Shown here piece by piece: positions 47,953-58,185 of a stretch of 64,000 bases of DNA. The notes under the pieces were generated by a model that saw only the letters and a program-made list of their open reading frames with translations, was not told the DNA's origin and did no database searches. Position 1 is the first letter of the stretch. The number at the start of each line of letters is the position of its first letter. A program made the translations under genes and the position numbers. Source of the DNA: Candidatus Multivoradales bacterium (GTDB lineage Bacteria; Acidobacteriota; Thermoanaerobaculia; Multivoradales; Multivoraceae); NCBI GenBank assembly GCA_965223325.1, contig CBDCWI010000001.1, forward strand, positions 1,824,001 through 1,888,000. Reading direction: 5' to 3'.

Positions 47953-50900
47953 ATGACCCAGCGAGGACGCCCGAAGCGCCGAGCGACTGCACCCGGTCTC
48001 CTTCTGCTGCTTGCTGGGGTTTGTTGGTTCGCCGGAATCTCCAGCGCTCAACTCGAGCAGCCGTTCGTGATCAGGGGAAGCGTTCATGCGCCAGAGGGCA
48101 ACGGCATCACGACGCGCTCGCCCCTGGCGGCGCAGGTCGAACTGCACCGCGAGCGTCACCGTTGGCAGAAGCTTCGCGATGCCACGCTCACCTCGGCAGA
48201 ATCGCCGGCAGAACTGAGAGTCGAAACGGACGCAAACGGCGACTTCCGGCTACGCGTGCCCGACGGCGGGCCCTGGACGGTACGGGTCATCGCTCCTGGT
48301 CACCTGCCCATGCAGCACGCCGTCATGCCAACAACTGCGGTCGTCGATCTGCCACCCGTCTGGCCTCCCGCTGCAACCTCCGAGGAGCTTCTGGTGCTCG
48401 ACCCGCGTGGCAACCCGGTGCCGTGGTCCTGGATCGTCCAGAAAACGAGTCGCCTGCCACCGGCCCTCGAAGTCAGAGCGGCCATGGACGGCTGGCGCCC
48501 TGTACCGGTGGGCGGCTGGGCAGGTGAAGATGCACGGCTGTCGTTTCTGCGCACGCCTGCCCAAGAACTCGAACTATTGGCGATCAACCAATGGGGCCGC
48601 GAGCGCTTGACTATCGGTCCGGCGAGAGGTGAGATCGAACATGGCTCGTTACCCGACCCGTTCCAGGTCCGACTCGAGAGAGCGACCGAGTGGCAAGCCG
48701 CGGGCCACGAGAACGTCGAAACTTTCCTTCGGGTTGATGGGCGACCCATCGCGCGTTTCGAGAGTGGCTTGGAGCTCAACCTCTCCCCTGGGTCGCTGCT
48801 CGAGGTCGCTGCGAGCGACGGGACCTGCCAGTCACTTCCGCTCACCGAGTCCCTCTTGGCGACCGGCACGGTGGCGGTCTACCCGAGAGAGCCCCCGACG
48901 GTTAGCGGTCGCGTCGTCGACCTCGTGGGTCGCCCGCTACGTGCCCTCGTTCGACTCGCCAAGCTCGGGAGTGCATCGACCGGTGCCCTGGGCAGAAGCG
49001 GGGCGAACGGCGAGTTCCGCCTACGCCTGGACTGCGGGCCGGCGCCGGATGACACAGTGCTCGAAGCCTTTGCTCCTGGCCACCTGCCCCTGTCGAGGCC
49101 GGTTCCGCTACCGGAGGCCGAGGGAACACGTGCCGACACAGCGCGCACGGCCATCGATCTCGATGATCTCGAGCTCGAACCTGCAGTGCTCGTCCACGGG
49201 GTGGTACTCGATCCGCGCGGCGAGCCGGTTTCGGGCGTCGAGATCGAAGCGCGAGGGGCGTCCGGCATCGTGCTGGCGACGGACTTCTCCGGCACCTCGC
49301 GTGGCAGGGCCTTGCCACCCCCCCGGTCGCTCGCCGCGCAACAGTTGAGTCGGGTTCGAAGCGAAGGCGACGGTCGTTTCCTGTTCGCCGCTCTATCCCA
49401 CGGCGAGAGCTACCACCTCATCGCTCGACCAGCCGACCGACCGGAAGTGCAGGAAACCATCGAGACTCCAGCGACCGGCAGCCAGGGCGGCCCGGTGATC
49501 ATTCGCCTACGCGAGCCACGGCCGGTCCTTGGCCTGGTGATCGACGAAGCGGGTCAGCCGGTGGCCGGTGCCGCGGTCGAAGTGCTCGCCGCGGCCGCAC
49601 TCACCGGCCAACGTGCACAAGCCTCGCCGGTGGTTGCCACGACCGATTCTCGGGGTGGGTTCGAGATCGCCGATCTCGCTGCCGGGCAGTACCTTTTCAC
49701 CGTTCAGGGCGAAGGGTTCGCGCGCAGCGAGGAACTACGCCTGATCCCGGATCCCGATCCGCGCTTTCCCATGGAACCCGCAACGCTCGATCCGCTCGTT
49801 CTCTGGTGGCCACGACAGCTCACCTTCCTGGTAACCGACACGGACCAGCAAGGAATCGAGAACGCCCGAGCCCGTATGCTTCTCCTTCCCCGCGCTCCTG
49901 GCGACACGAGCCCGCTCTGGCGGCCCTGGGAGCTCGAGTCGTGGCCGGGTCTTTCAGACGGGGAAGGAATCCTCCGCCTGGGCGATCTCACACCCGGGGT
50001 GGTGGCAGCCGCTGAGGTGTCGGCTCCTGGATTCGTCACCCGCGAGATCGGGCGCTTCGAGATCTCACCGGCAAACGATCCCCCGGCAGTCAAGCGTGTC
50101 GTGCTCGAGCGTGCCGCCTCGATCAGCGGGCGAATCGAGGACAGCCGCGACCGGCCCCTCGGTGGCGCGCACGTGCAGGCGGTCGCGCTCGAGAGCCTCC
50201 ACCTGCCGCCCGACCTGATCGCCCGAAGCGCGCGCGACGGCAGTTTCACGATCGCCGGCGTGCCAGCCGGGCGCGTCCGGTTGATCGCCCGCGCCGTCGG
50301 CGAGGCACAGATCGAGCCGTATGACCTCGAGCTGGTGCCCGGCGAGGAACGTGGAGGCGTGGTCCTCCGTGTTCCCCAGAGTGCCGCAATCCGCGGCATC
50401 GTCACCTCTTCTGACGGTCCCGTCGTAGGCGCCACCGTCGCGGCGGGCGGCCAGCTCGAGCACACCAGGCACGATGGAACGTTTGTTCTCGAGCCGGTAC
50501 CGCTCGGTTTGAACCAACTCGAGATTCGGAGTGCCGGAATGAGATCACTGGCACGCTCCGTCGAGGTCACAGAAGAAGGCGCCTGGGCCGAGATCCGACT
50601 CGAGAACGAGCTGACCGTCGCTGGCCGAGTCGTCGATCACGAAGGCCGTGCAATCGACCGCGCCTGGGTTTCTCTCGAGTCTTCGAGCGGCGGTTTCTCG
50701 AGCGTTTATACCGACCGAGGCGGTGGCTTCTCGTTCCACGGTCTCGAACCCGGCAACTTGCGCCTCACTGCCCGGCAGCAGGTCCTAGGGCTTCTGCCAC
50801 GACGGCCGCAGGACGTCGATGCCGACCGCGAGATCGCTTCCCTGGCAGCCGCGGAGCGCGAGTTCGCGATCGAAGATCAATCGTTGCTCGACCTCGAGCT

Positions 50901-51777
50901 CGTTTTGCAACCGGCAGCGTCGATCCGCGGCCGTATCGCCAACGTCCTGGAGGACCGCGTCTTCCAGCTGAAGGTCACGGCAGAGAGAAACGGCAGCACA
51001 GACGAGAACGAGAGGGCGACGCTTCGCGAAGGGGCCTTGCCAGCAGCGATCAGCTGGCCACGCGGCCCGAGGGATGCGAGCCGCGAACTGATCGACGCGA
51101 CGTACCTGATCGCGGGCGTTTCGGCGGGGAGTTGGAAGGTCACCGTCTTTCTCGGCGCTCGTTCCGCCATCAGTAGATCGATCGAGGTGCCAACGACCGG
51201 CACCGTCGACCTGGACTTCGAGCTCGAAGACCTGGGGGGTGTTTCGGCCTTCGGACAGTTGACCGTCGATGGAAGGCCGCAGGAAGGCATCGCCCTCGTG
51301 CTCATGAGCATGGACGTGGGCGGAGCCGCTGCGTACGGCAACACCGGTCTCGAGGGCGAGTTCGAGCTGCAGCCGGTCGAGCCCGGCAACTACGCCCTCG
51401 GGGTCGCCGTCGGTGCCAACGCGGTGAGCTGGCAGGAACCCTTCGCACTCACCCGCGACACCGAGATCCGTCTCGAACTCGAGCGCTTTCGGCTCGCCGG
51501 GCGCGTCGTGGACGGCCAGACTGGCGACCCGGTCGGCGGTGCTCTGCTCTATCTCGAACGAAACAGAGGCGCAGGTCGAAGCCAAACGCTTGGTTACCGA
51601 GGGCGACGGAGCGCACAGACGCTTCCCGACGGCACGTTTCGTGTCGAGATCTTGACCGATGTCCCGCCCGATGTCATACGAGTCGAGCACCCTCTTTATC
51701 GAACCGAGCTCTTGACACGCCCTGCAAGTGACGGTGCCGGAATCACCCTCGCGCTCGATCCCATCAAAGAGCGCTAG
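47953..51777 (+). CDS. Large secreted protein with multiple carboxypeptidase-regulatory-like (transthyretin-like) repeats
   Basis: Signal peptide and repeated GRVVD..GxP(V/I)xGA(x)V and TDxxGxF units. Confidence 0.85.
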   Translation: MTQRGRPKRRATAPGLLLLLAGVCWFAGISSAQLEQPFVIRGSVHAPEGNGITTRSPLAAQVELHRERHRWQKLRDATLTSAESPAELRVETDANGDFRLRVPDGGPWTVRVIAPGHLPMQHAVMPTTAVVDLPPVWPPAATSEELLVLDPRGNPVPWSWIVQKTSRLPPALEVRAAMDGWRPVPVGGWAGEDARLSFLRTPAQELELLAINQWGRERLTIGPARGEIEHGSLPDPFQVRLERATEWQAAGHENVETFLRVDGRPIARFESGLELNLSPGSLLEVAASDGTCQSLPLTESLLATGTVAVYPREPPTVSGRVVDLVGRPLRALVRLAKLGSASTGALGRSGANGEFRLRLDCGPAPDDTVLEAFAPGHLPLSRPVPLPEAEGTRADTARTAIDLDDLELEPAVLVHGVVLDPRGEPVSGVEIEARGASGIVLATDFSGTSRGRALPPPRSLAAQQLSRVRSEGDGRFLFAALSHGESYHLIARPADRPEVQETIETPATGSQGGPVIIRLREPRPVLGLVIDEAGQPVAGAAVEVLAAAALTGQRAQASPVVATTDSRGGFEIADLAAGQYLFTVQGEGFARSEELRLIPDPDPRFPMEPATLDPLVLWWPRQLTFLVTDTDQQGIENARARMLLLPRAPGDTSPLWRPWELESWPGLSDGEGILRLGDLTPGVVAAAEVSAPGFVTREIGRFEISPANDPPAVKRVVLERAASISGRIEDSRDRPLGGAHVQAVALESLHLPPDLIARSARDGSFTIAGVPAGRVRLIARAVGEAQIEPYDLELVPGEERGGVVLRVPQSAAIRGIVTSSDGPVVGATVAAGGQLEHTRHDGTFVLEPVPLGLNQLEIRSAGMRSLARSVEVTEEGAWAEIRLENELTVAGRVVDHEGRAIDRAWVSLESSSGGFSSVYTDRGGGFSFHGLEPGNLRLTARQQVLGLLPRRPQDVDADREIASLAAAEREFAIEDQSLLDLELVLQPAASIRGRIANVLEDRVFQLKVTAERNGSTDENERATLREGALPAAISWPRGPRDASRELIDATYLIAGVSAGSWKVTVFLGARSAISRSIEVPTTGTVDLDFELEDLGGVSAFGQLTVDGRPQEGIALVLMSMDVGGAAAYGNTGLEGEFELQPVEPGNYALGVAVGANAVSWQEPFALTRDTEIRLELERFRLAGRVVDGQTGDPVGGALLYLERNRGAGRSQTLGYRGRRSAQTLPDGTFRVEILTDVPPDVIRVEHPLYRTELLTRPASDGAGITLALDPIKER

Positions 51778-51789
51778 AGATCTGAACGT

Positions 51790-52761
51790 CTACTCCAGCT
51801 CCATGGTGATGTTCTGGTCGATGCCGATGCGCATGTTCATGGCCTCTTCGCCAGGCGCTGAAATCGCGATATCGACCGTCATCACCTGGTGCATCCTGCT
51901 GGTCAACAGGACGCCCGTATCGCGGCTCAAGCACATGGTGCCACTGGCTTCTTTGACGTCCATGTCCATCGTCATTTCTCCACCAAAGCTAGCCGCAAGC
52001 TGGTCGAGCATCTGGCTCGCACCGCCCATGCTCATGTCGATGTCCACCAGGAGCTCGAGACAGGGCGTGCCGTCGACCTCCGACGCGCCAGCCACCGTGT
52101 AGGTCGACTTCATGGCGAGCTCACCAAGGATCGGATTGGGCGCCTGCGCATCCCAGGTCCACGAGTCTCCAGTCTCGAGAGCGTGCTCTGGAAAGACCGG
52201 CATACTGCCTTGCATCATGGCAACCATCGACTCGTCGCCAAGCCCCTGCTTCATCATCTGGGCCTGCTGCTTCATCATCGGGTCATCGGATTCGGCCATC
52301 GCGTCCCACATCGCGTCGAGCCCCGAAACACTACGCACCTCTCCGCGATCACTCATGACGGTCTCGAAGGTCTGGTCGATCAGTGCGGACATCTCGCCGA
52401 GCTCCGACGCATCGCCTGCTTCAGGCGCGTTGCTGTCCCAGTGCATGATCGAGGCGCCGCCCTGCTTGACGTCCATGATCATGCTCTCGATCACCGACTC
52501 GAGCCTGAAATCGCTGCCGACCTTCTCCCTGGCCACCTGCGTCATCGTCATGGAAATGTCGTTCGACATTTTCTGGCCGCCCATCGGACCGAGGTCCATG
52601 TCCATTTCCTGCAGGGTCTGAGTGCGGTACTTGAGGACCTCGCCGATGGGTGGGTCGTAACGAAGTTCCCAGTTCTGAGCGTTGACTGAAGCGGCAGCGA
52701 ACACGAAGACCGCTACGATGGCGCCGCGCAGAACGAAGGAACCGGTGTTCAAGAAGGACAT
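51790..52761 (-). CDS. Secreted Met-rich beta-strand protein (DUF6263-like)
   Basis: GGAG RBS before ATG 52761; signal peptide (VNA-Q); ELRYDP..G..KY and FPEHALETGDSW. Confidence 0.7.
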   Translation of the reverse strand: MSFLNTGSFVLRGAIVAVFVFAAASVNAQNWELRYDPPIGEVLKYRTQTLQEMDMDLGPMGGQKMSNDISMTMTQVAREKVGSDFRLESVIESMIMDVKQGGASIMHWDSNAPEAGDASELGEMSALIDQTFETVMSDRGEVRSVSGLDAMWDAMAESDDPMMKQQAQMMKQGLGDESMVAMMQGSMPVFPEHALETGDSWTWDAQAPNPILGELAMKSTYTVAGASEVDGTPCLELLVDIDMSMGGASQMLDQLAASFGGEMTMDMDVKEASGTMCLSRDTGVLLTSRMHQVMTVDIAISAPGEEAMNMRIGIDQNITMELE

Positions 52762-52872
52762 CTGGATCTCCAGGTAGAGGAAAGAAACGGCGCCGGGGGA
52801 GCTCGACCCGGCGATGAATGTTAACGAAAGCTCAGCCTGCAGCCGAGCTGCACGAGCCCGTATGCTTCGGCC

Positions 52873-53619
52873 ATGCACGCCATCGAACTCAGGTCTTCAG
52901 CCTTTCTGCGGTTCTCTACGCTCGCCAGTATCGTGGCATTCGCTTCGGCAGTGGTCGTGGGCGAGGAAACCGCCCGCAGCGAGCCCGCCACCACGCGAAC
53001 CGTCACTCTTTCCGGTCAGGAGATCGAGTTCCTGGCGCCCGAAGGCTTCTTCGAGGTTTCTGGTTTCGCACCCGGCGTCCACGACCGGGTGGCCGCGACG
53101 CTCACGGCACAGCAACAGCTACTCGGAATCTTCCTGAGCCAAGACGACATCGACCGCATTCGACAGGGCGACCCTCCACGCTTCGAGCGCTACTTCAAGG
53201 TTTCTGCTCGCCGGGACGCGAGCGCGCACATGATCGACGAACCCGGCTTCGAGGCGGTTCGCAAGCGTTTCGCATCGAACACCGGCCTGATCGGCAAGAA
53301 CGGATTCGAAAAGGTACCGCCCAGCGAAATGCAACGCTTCGCACAGCCGGGAGCGGTCGCCTACGGCGAGACCCTGATCGTGCGAGTGATCTCGGAGAGC
53401 CCCTGGCATGTGACCCTGGGCACGCTTTCCAATCAAGACCCCAACGGCAACCCACCGATCCTCGTCGCGGGGACGACCAGCGTCGCGCGCCTCGGAAATC
53501 GAGTCGTCGACATCGATGGCTACGCGCTCATGACCGGGCCGCAAACAGCACGTGAGGTCGGCGAAGCGACGGTGGCCTGGATCGAAGCTCTGGTTCTTGC
53601 GGCGCGCGACGAGGAATAG
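52873..53619 (+). CDS. Secreted hypothetical protein
   Basis: N-terminal hydrophobic signal and coding-like composition; no family recognised. Confidence 0.6.
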   Translation: MHAIELRSSAFLRFSTLASIVAFASAVVVGEETARSEPATTRTVTLSGQEIEFLAPEGFFEVSGFAPGVHDRVAATLTAQQQLLGIFLSQDDIDRIRQGDPPRFERYFKVSARRDASAHMIDEPGFEAVRKRFASNTGLIGKNGFEKVPPSEMQRFAQPGAVAYGETLIVRVISESPWHVTLGTLSNQDPNGNPPILVAGTTSVARLGNRVVDIDGYALMTGPQTAREVGEATVAWIEALVLAARDEE

Positions 53620-53623
53620 ACCC

Positions 53624-54850
53624 TCAGGTACTGCTATCGCTCGCGCCGTCGGCCGGTAGGCCCATCACCCGGCGATACTCACGATCGAAGGCCGGCAGCA
53701 TGCTCTCGACCGAAGCGTAGGGCCCAGGAACGTAGCCGCGCGAGCTCACGCCACGCTGCACACGTTCACAGAGCGCCCAGTCCTGGCGGTTGGTCTGGTC
53801 CCAGAACTCGATCGCCGGCTGCGGGTCAGAGCCTTCTCGACCGGGCTCGAAGAGCCAGTGACAGTGGATGCGAGTGCGATCGCAGGCGAGGGGCTCCAAG
53901 CGGTGCAGCAAGACAAAGTCTGGATGCGCGGAAAGAAACAGATTGGGAAACAGCGTGTAGTAGCGCACCAGATCGAGGTCTTCGGGCAGGAGGCCCGGAA
54001 GAGGTGGCGCCGAGCGACCGCCATGGGTACTGAGACTAGTCTCGGCGCGGGCCAACCTCATGGGGCCACCGAGAACCGGCCCCTCGGTGACCTCGTTCCA
54101 ACTGTCGCGCCAGGGAGAGAGCTTGTTGAGCTGTGGATGCACGGTCGGACAGTGGTAGCACTCGCTGTAGTTCTGGAACAGGAGCTTCCAGTTCGTGGCA
54201 ACGTCATAGAGCTGGCAGTGCACCGAAAGGAGATCGGCGATTCTGTAGCGCTCGAGCGGCGTGTCGCACAGGGCGGTGAGGGCATCGAGAAGCGGCGGTG
54301 CTTCGGGGTCGGGGTTGATGAACACCAGGCCGTTCCACTCTTCGAGCCGCAGCTCGAGCAGCGGCCAGTCGGAGGGCTCGAAGCCAGGCGTGTCGGCCAT
54401 GTTGGGCGCCGACGCAAGGCGCCCGTCGAGCTTCCAGGTCCACGAGTGGTACGGGCACTGGATGCGGCCCGGTAACTCGCAGACAGCAGAAGGGGCCGAA
54501 TCCCGCGCTTCACAGAGCACCGCGCCGCGATGGCGACAAACATTCCAGAACGCATGCAGCGACGGTGTCCCAGGCGAGTCGTTCTCGCCGGCCACCAGCA
54601 AGACGCCATCGCCAAACGCTTCCAGTAAAAGGTAGCGACCCGTCGTTGGGACCTCCGATCGATGAGCCGCGAACTGCCACGAGCGTCCGAAGACCGACTC
54701 GCGCTCGCGTTCGAAGACTTCGTTTGCGGTGTAGTACTGAGCCGGCAGCATGCGCTCGAGGCGAGGGCGGGCAGCGGGCGCGGTCACTTCCACTCCCTCG
54801 AGACCGGTGTCCTGAGGCCCGAGATCCTCATGACGCCCAGACATCGACAT
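53624..54850 (-). CDS. Rieske non-heme iron oxygenase alpha subunit (choline monooxygenase/GbcA-like)
   Basis: Rieske NVCRHRG..CPYHSW; mononuclear iron NWKL..ENYSECYHCPTVHP-like segment (QNYSECYHCPTVH) and QDWALCERVQRG. Likely start 54850 or 54844. Confidence 0.9.
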   Translation of the reverse strand: MSMSGRHEDLGPQDTGLEGVEVTAPAARPRLERMLPAQYYTANEVFERERESVFGRSWQFAAHRSEVPTTGRYLLLEAFGDGVLLVAGENDSPGTPSLHAFWNVCRHRGAVLCEARDSAPSAVCELPGRIQCPYHSWTWKLDGRLASAPNMADTPGFEPSDWPLLELRLEEWNGLVFINPDPEAPPLLDALTALCDTPLERYRIADLLSVHCQLYDVATNWKLLFQNYSECYHCPTVHPQLNKLSPWRDSWNEVTEGPVLGGPMRLARAETSLSTHGGRSAPPLPGLLPEDLDLVRYYTLFPNLFLSAHPDFVLLHRLEPLACDRTRIHCHWLFEPGREGSDPQPAIEFWDQTNRQDWALCERVQRGVSSRGYVPGPYASVESMLPAFDREYRRVMGLPADGASDSST

Positions 54851-57800
54851 GGTAGCGACCCCGTTCAGCGAGGTCTTCCAGCCAGGCCTCCGCTGCGGCC
54901 TCGTCGCCACCCTTCTTGGCACGCCACACCTCGGCAAGGGCGCGGCGCACGGCCGGCGCCATCTCGCCGGCATCACCGCAGACGTAGACCACCGCACCTT
55001 CCTCGAGGAGATCCCAGACCTGGTCGCCATGCTCTCGGATGCGGTCTTGGACATAGACCTTCTCCTTTTGCGCGCGCGAGAAGGCCTGGATCGAGAGCAC
55101 GACGCCCTTCTTCTCGAAGGCGGCGATCTCGTCGCGATACAACCAGTCGTGATCAGGGTGGCGACAGCCGAAGAACAACAGGGACCCTGCGACCGGCCGC
55201 CCCTCCTCCATCGCACACGCTCGCTCCTGGAGAAAGCCACGGAAAGGCGCGATCCCGGTTCCCGGACCCACCATGATCATCGGCACGGCGAGGGACGGCG
55301 GCGGGCGGAATGGAGTCGCACTGTCGCGGACGAACGCATAGACCGAACTCCCCTTCTCCTTCAGCGCGAGGTAGTTCGAAGCCACCCCCTTGAAGATGCC
55401 GTGACCGGAAAGCGCCGGTGCCTCGACCACCGCGACCGTCAAGCTCAGAATCGAACCGGTGGCCCTGGGCGACGACGAGATCGAGTAGTACCGCGGCCGC
55501 AGCGGTGGCAGCAGCGAGAGGTACACACCGAACGGCACCTCGCAGGCTGGGAACTCATCCAGCAGGTCGATCAGCGACTTGCGCCTCTCGAGCACCTCGG
55601 CGCGGTACCGCGCCTGACCCTCGTCGTCGGCGGCAATCAGCGCCTCGAGCGCCGCACTGGTATGCGGGCACCGCGTGTGGTCGGCCAGGGTCTGAATCTG
55701 CTTGCGCGTGGCCGGTTCTTGAAGCTCGACGTAGTCGCGCAGCAGCTGATGAACGGCAATCGCCTCTCCGGTAGGAAAGTCGGCATGGCCGCCGCGGTCG
55801 AATACTTTGATGCGCGTCTGCTCGTCGAAGGCAAAGCGTTCGGCAACTCGCCGAACGATCGCGCTGTCGTTGTGCGCGATGACTCCCAGGTGATCTCCCG
55901 CTTCGTAGGCCACCCCCGGCGGAACGGCGAGCTCGATATGGCGGGTGGATCGTTCGGCACCGGGTGCTTGAAGCTCGCGGTTCTCGACCACCACCATCGG
56001 CCGCGCCGAGAACTGCGCCACGAACGGGTTGGGGTGGTGCTCGTTGACTACCTCGACTTCGAAGGCCGCCGGTCGCGCGCGCGCACCCTCGAGATCGAGA
56101 GATAGGTCGAGCACTTCGACGACCTGCGGCCAGAGCGGCTGGTACCAGGCCTCGAAGTCGCCGTCGAAGTCGGCGCTGCCGTCGCCCTCGCCTCGCTCGT
56201 GCACCCGGTTGGCGCCATGCTCGGCGAGCAATGCATCGATCAGCTGCGGCACCTGCTGATACGTCGCAGCCCAGTCTCGGTGACCGCAGCCGAAAACACT
56301 GTAGTTCACCCCTCTTAGGGCATCGCTCTCGAGATCGCCTGAGCGCAGCCAGTCGACGAAGCGACGGGCGTTGTCAGGCGGCGTTCCGTTGTAGGAAGCG
56401 GTCACGATACACACCGCGCCCTCGGTCGGCAAGGCACCGGCATACTCGTCGAGTGGCGCAATCGTCACGGCGAAGCCGCGCGCCTCACCGCCTTCGGCCA
56501 ACCGATGCGCAACTCCCTCAGCGGTTCCCATGTTCGAGCCGTAGAGCACCAGGAGCGGCGTGGCGTGCTGGGGAACGGCCGCGGGCTCCGAAGCGGTCGA
56601 CTCGGCGACTGCCGGTGCCTCTCCGGAGAGGTCAGGGGCCGCAACGGCAACGGCAGCCGAGGCGCGTTCGTGCACGCGTCGGCGAACCTGAATATGGAAA
56701 TCGTCGGGCTTGAGCGTCAACGTTTCTTTGACCTTGAGCTCGTAGTTGCGTGAATCGACCAGATCGAAGCGCTGCAAGATCATCCCGAGAGCGAGAGTCG
56801 CCTCGTGCATTGCGAACTGGCGGCCAATGCAGGCGCGTTGCCCATTGCCGAAGGGCTTGTACGCATTGACCGGCCGTCCTTGTACCTGTTCAGGTGCGAA
56901 ACGATCCGGATCGAACCTCTCGACATCGTCTCCCCACACCTCGGGATCGCGATGCAGCATCGGAGTGAGCACCACCAGGCCCTGTGTCTTGTCGATCTCG
57001 TAGCCGGTCTTGTCGTCGCCACCGATGTAGGTGCGCCCTTCTTTGGGGAAGAGCGAGAACATTGGCGCCGTCGGCCACAAGCGCAGCGACTCATCGAGCA
57101 CCTGGCGCACGTAGCGCAACTCGGTGACCTGGCGATAGGTCGGTTGGCGCGAGGTGTCGGTTCCGAACACGCGATCGACTTCCTCGCGCGCGCGCTCGAG
57201 CACCTCAGGGTGCTTGAGCAAGAAGTACGTTGCAAAGGCGAGGGTGCCGCTGGTGGTCTCGTGACCGGCGATCAGGAAGGTGATGATCTGGTAGCGAATG
57301 TTGAGGTCGTCGAGACCTTGCCCGGTTTCGCGATCGCGCCCCACCAGCATGTGGGCCAGGAGATCATCGTGCACCGCCAGGTCGACACCGGCCGCGCGGC
57401 GCTCTTGGATGATCTTGTCGACCGTTCGATTCATCAAATCGACGGCGCGCTCGAGCCGCTTGTTCTCGCGAAAGAAGAACTCTTTGGGCATCTTCGGCCG
57501 CCCCGAACGCTCCATGGCAATCGACAGCGAGCGCGTCATGGCGCGCACGAAGGGGTGCATGCGCTCCTTGTAGAAGGAGTTGAAGCGGTAGTCAAAACCG
57601 CACAGGCCGATGGTGTCGAGTGTCAGCCGGGTCATTTCATCGGCGACGTCGATCTCTTCTTCGGGGTTGAGCCGCTCCCAGCGCTCCATCATCTGCTCTG
57701 CAATGTCGAGCATCATCGGGTGGTAACGCTTCATCGCCGCCATCGAAAAACTCGGCATGAGAATCGAGTGCGCCAGTCGCCAGTTGGGTTCGAAGGTGTG

Positions 57801-58079
57801 CGCCGTGAAGAGCCCGTCGCCGGCGAAGGCGCGCACCTGTTGCAGCGGCGCCCAGACACGCTTGTCGAAACGCGTTTCGTCTGAGAGTTCATCGACGAGG
57901 CGATGACTCGAAACGAAGACCACTCGGAAGCCGCCGACTGCAATCGAGAAGATCTCGCCGTACTCGCGGGCGAGCTCCATCGTGTCCTGGGTCTGGCGAT
58001 CCGAAGCGATATCGAAGGCGTTGCCAACGATCGGTTTTTCAGGCGGATGCGGTATCGGCCGCCGGGCGGGAGCTGTCAT
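54828..58079 (-). CDS. cyp102: Self-sufficient cytochrome P450/NADPH-P450 reductase fusion (CYP102, BM3-like)
   Basis: FAGDGLFT, AGHETT, ESLRLWPTAP, heme motif FGNGQRACIG, flavodoxin YGSNMGTAE, RYYSISSS, GPGTGIAPFRGF, YVCGD and terminal DVWAS. Confidence 0.96.
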   Translation of the reverse strand: MTAPARRPIPHPPEKPIVGNAFDIASDRQTQDTMELAREYGEIFSIAVGGFRVVFVSSHRLVDELSDETRFDKRVWAPLQQVRAFAGDGLFTAHTFEPNWRLAHSILMPSFSMAAMKRYHPMMLDIAEQMMERWERLNPEEEIDVADEMTRLTLDTIGLCGFDYRFNSFYKERMHPFVRAMTRSLSIAMERSGRPKMPKEFFFRENKRLERAVDLMNRTVDKIIQERRAAGVDLAVHDDLLAHMLVGRDRETGQGLDDLNIRYQIITFLIAGHETTSGTLAFATYFLLKHPEVLERAREEVDRVFGTDTSRQPTYRQVTELRYVRQVLDESLRLWPTAPMFSLFPKEGRTYIGGDDKTGYEIDKTQGLVVLTPMLHRDPEVWGDDVERFDPDRFAPEQVQGRPVNAYKPFGNGQRACIGRQFAMHEATLALGMILQRFDLVDSRNYELKVKETLTLKPDDFHIQVRRRVHERASAAVAVAAPDLSGEAPAVAESTASEPAAVPQHATPLLVLYGSNMGTAEGVAHRLAEGGEARGFAVTIAPLDEYAGALPTEGAVCIVTASYNGTPPDNARRFVDWLRSGDLESDALRGVNYSVFGCGHRDWAATYQQVPQLIDALLAEHGANRVHERGEGDGSADFDGDFEAWYQPLWPQVVEVLDLSLDLEGARARPAAFEVEVVNEHHPNPFVAQFSARPMVVVENRELQAPGAERSTRHIELAVPPGVAYEAGDHLGVIAHNDSAIVRRVAERFAFDEQTRIKVFDRGGHADFPTGEAIAVHQLLRDYVELQEPATRKQIQTLADHTRCPHTSAALEALIAADDEGQARYRAEVLERRKSLIDLLDEFPACEVPFGVYLSLLPPLRPRYYSISSSPRATGSILSLTVAVVEAPALSGHGIFKGVASNYLALKEKGSSVYAFVRDSATPFRPPPSLAVPMIMVGPGTGIAPFRGFLQERACAMEEGRPVAGSLLFFGCRHPDHDWLYRDEIAAFEKKGVVLSIQAFSRAQKEKVYVQDRIREHGDQVWDLLEEGAVVYVCGDAGEMAPAVRRALAEVWRAKKGGDEAAAEAWLEDLAERGRYHVDVWAS

Positions 58080-58185
58080 GGCGAACCTCGCTCAACAAAC
58101 CCGCGGTGCGGGTCCAGAGAAGTGGCAGGGAGTCGCCCGATTCTACTCCGGCTGTCGGGCAGTCCGGGGGCGCCAGAGTCGTCTG

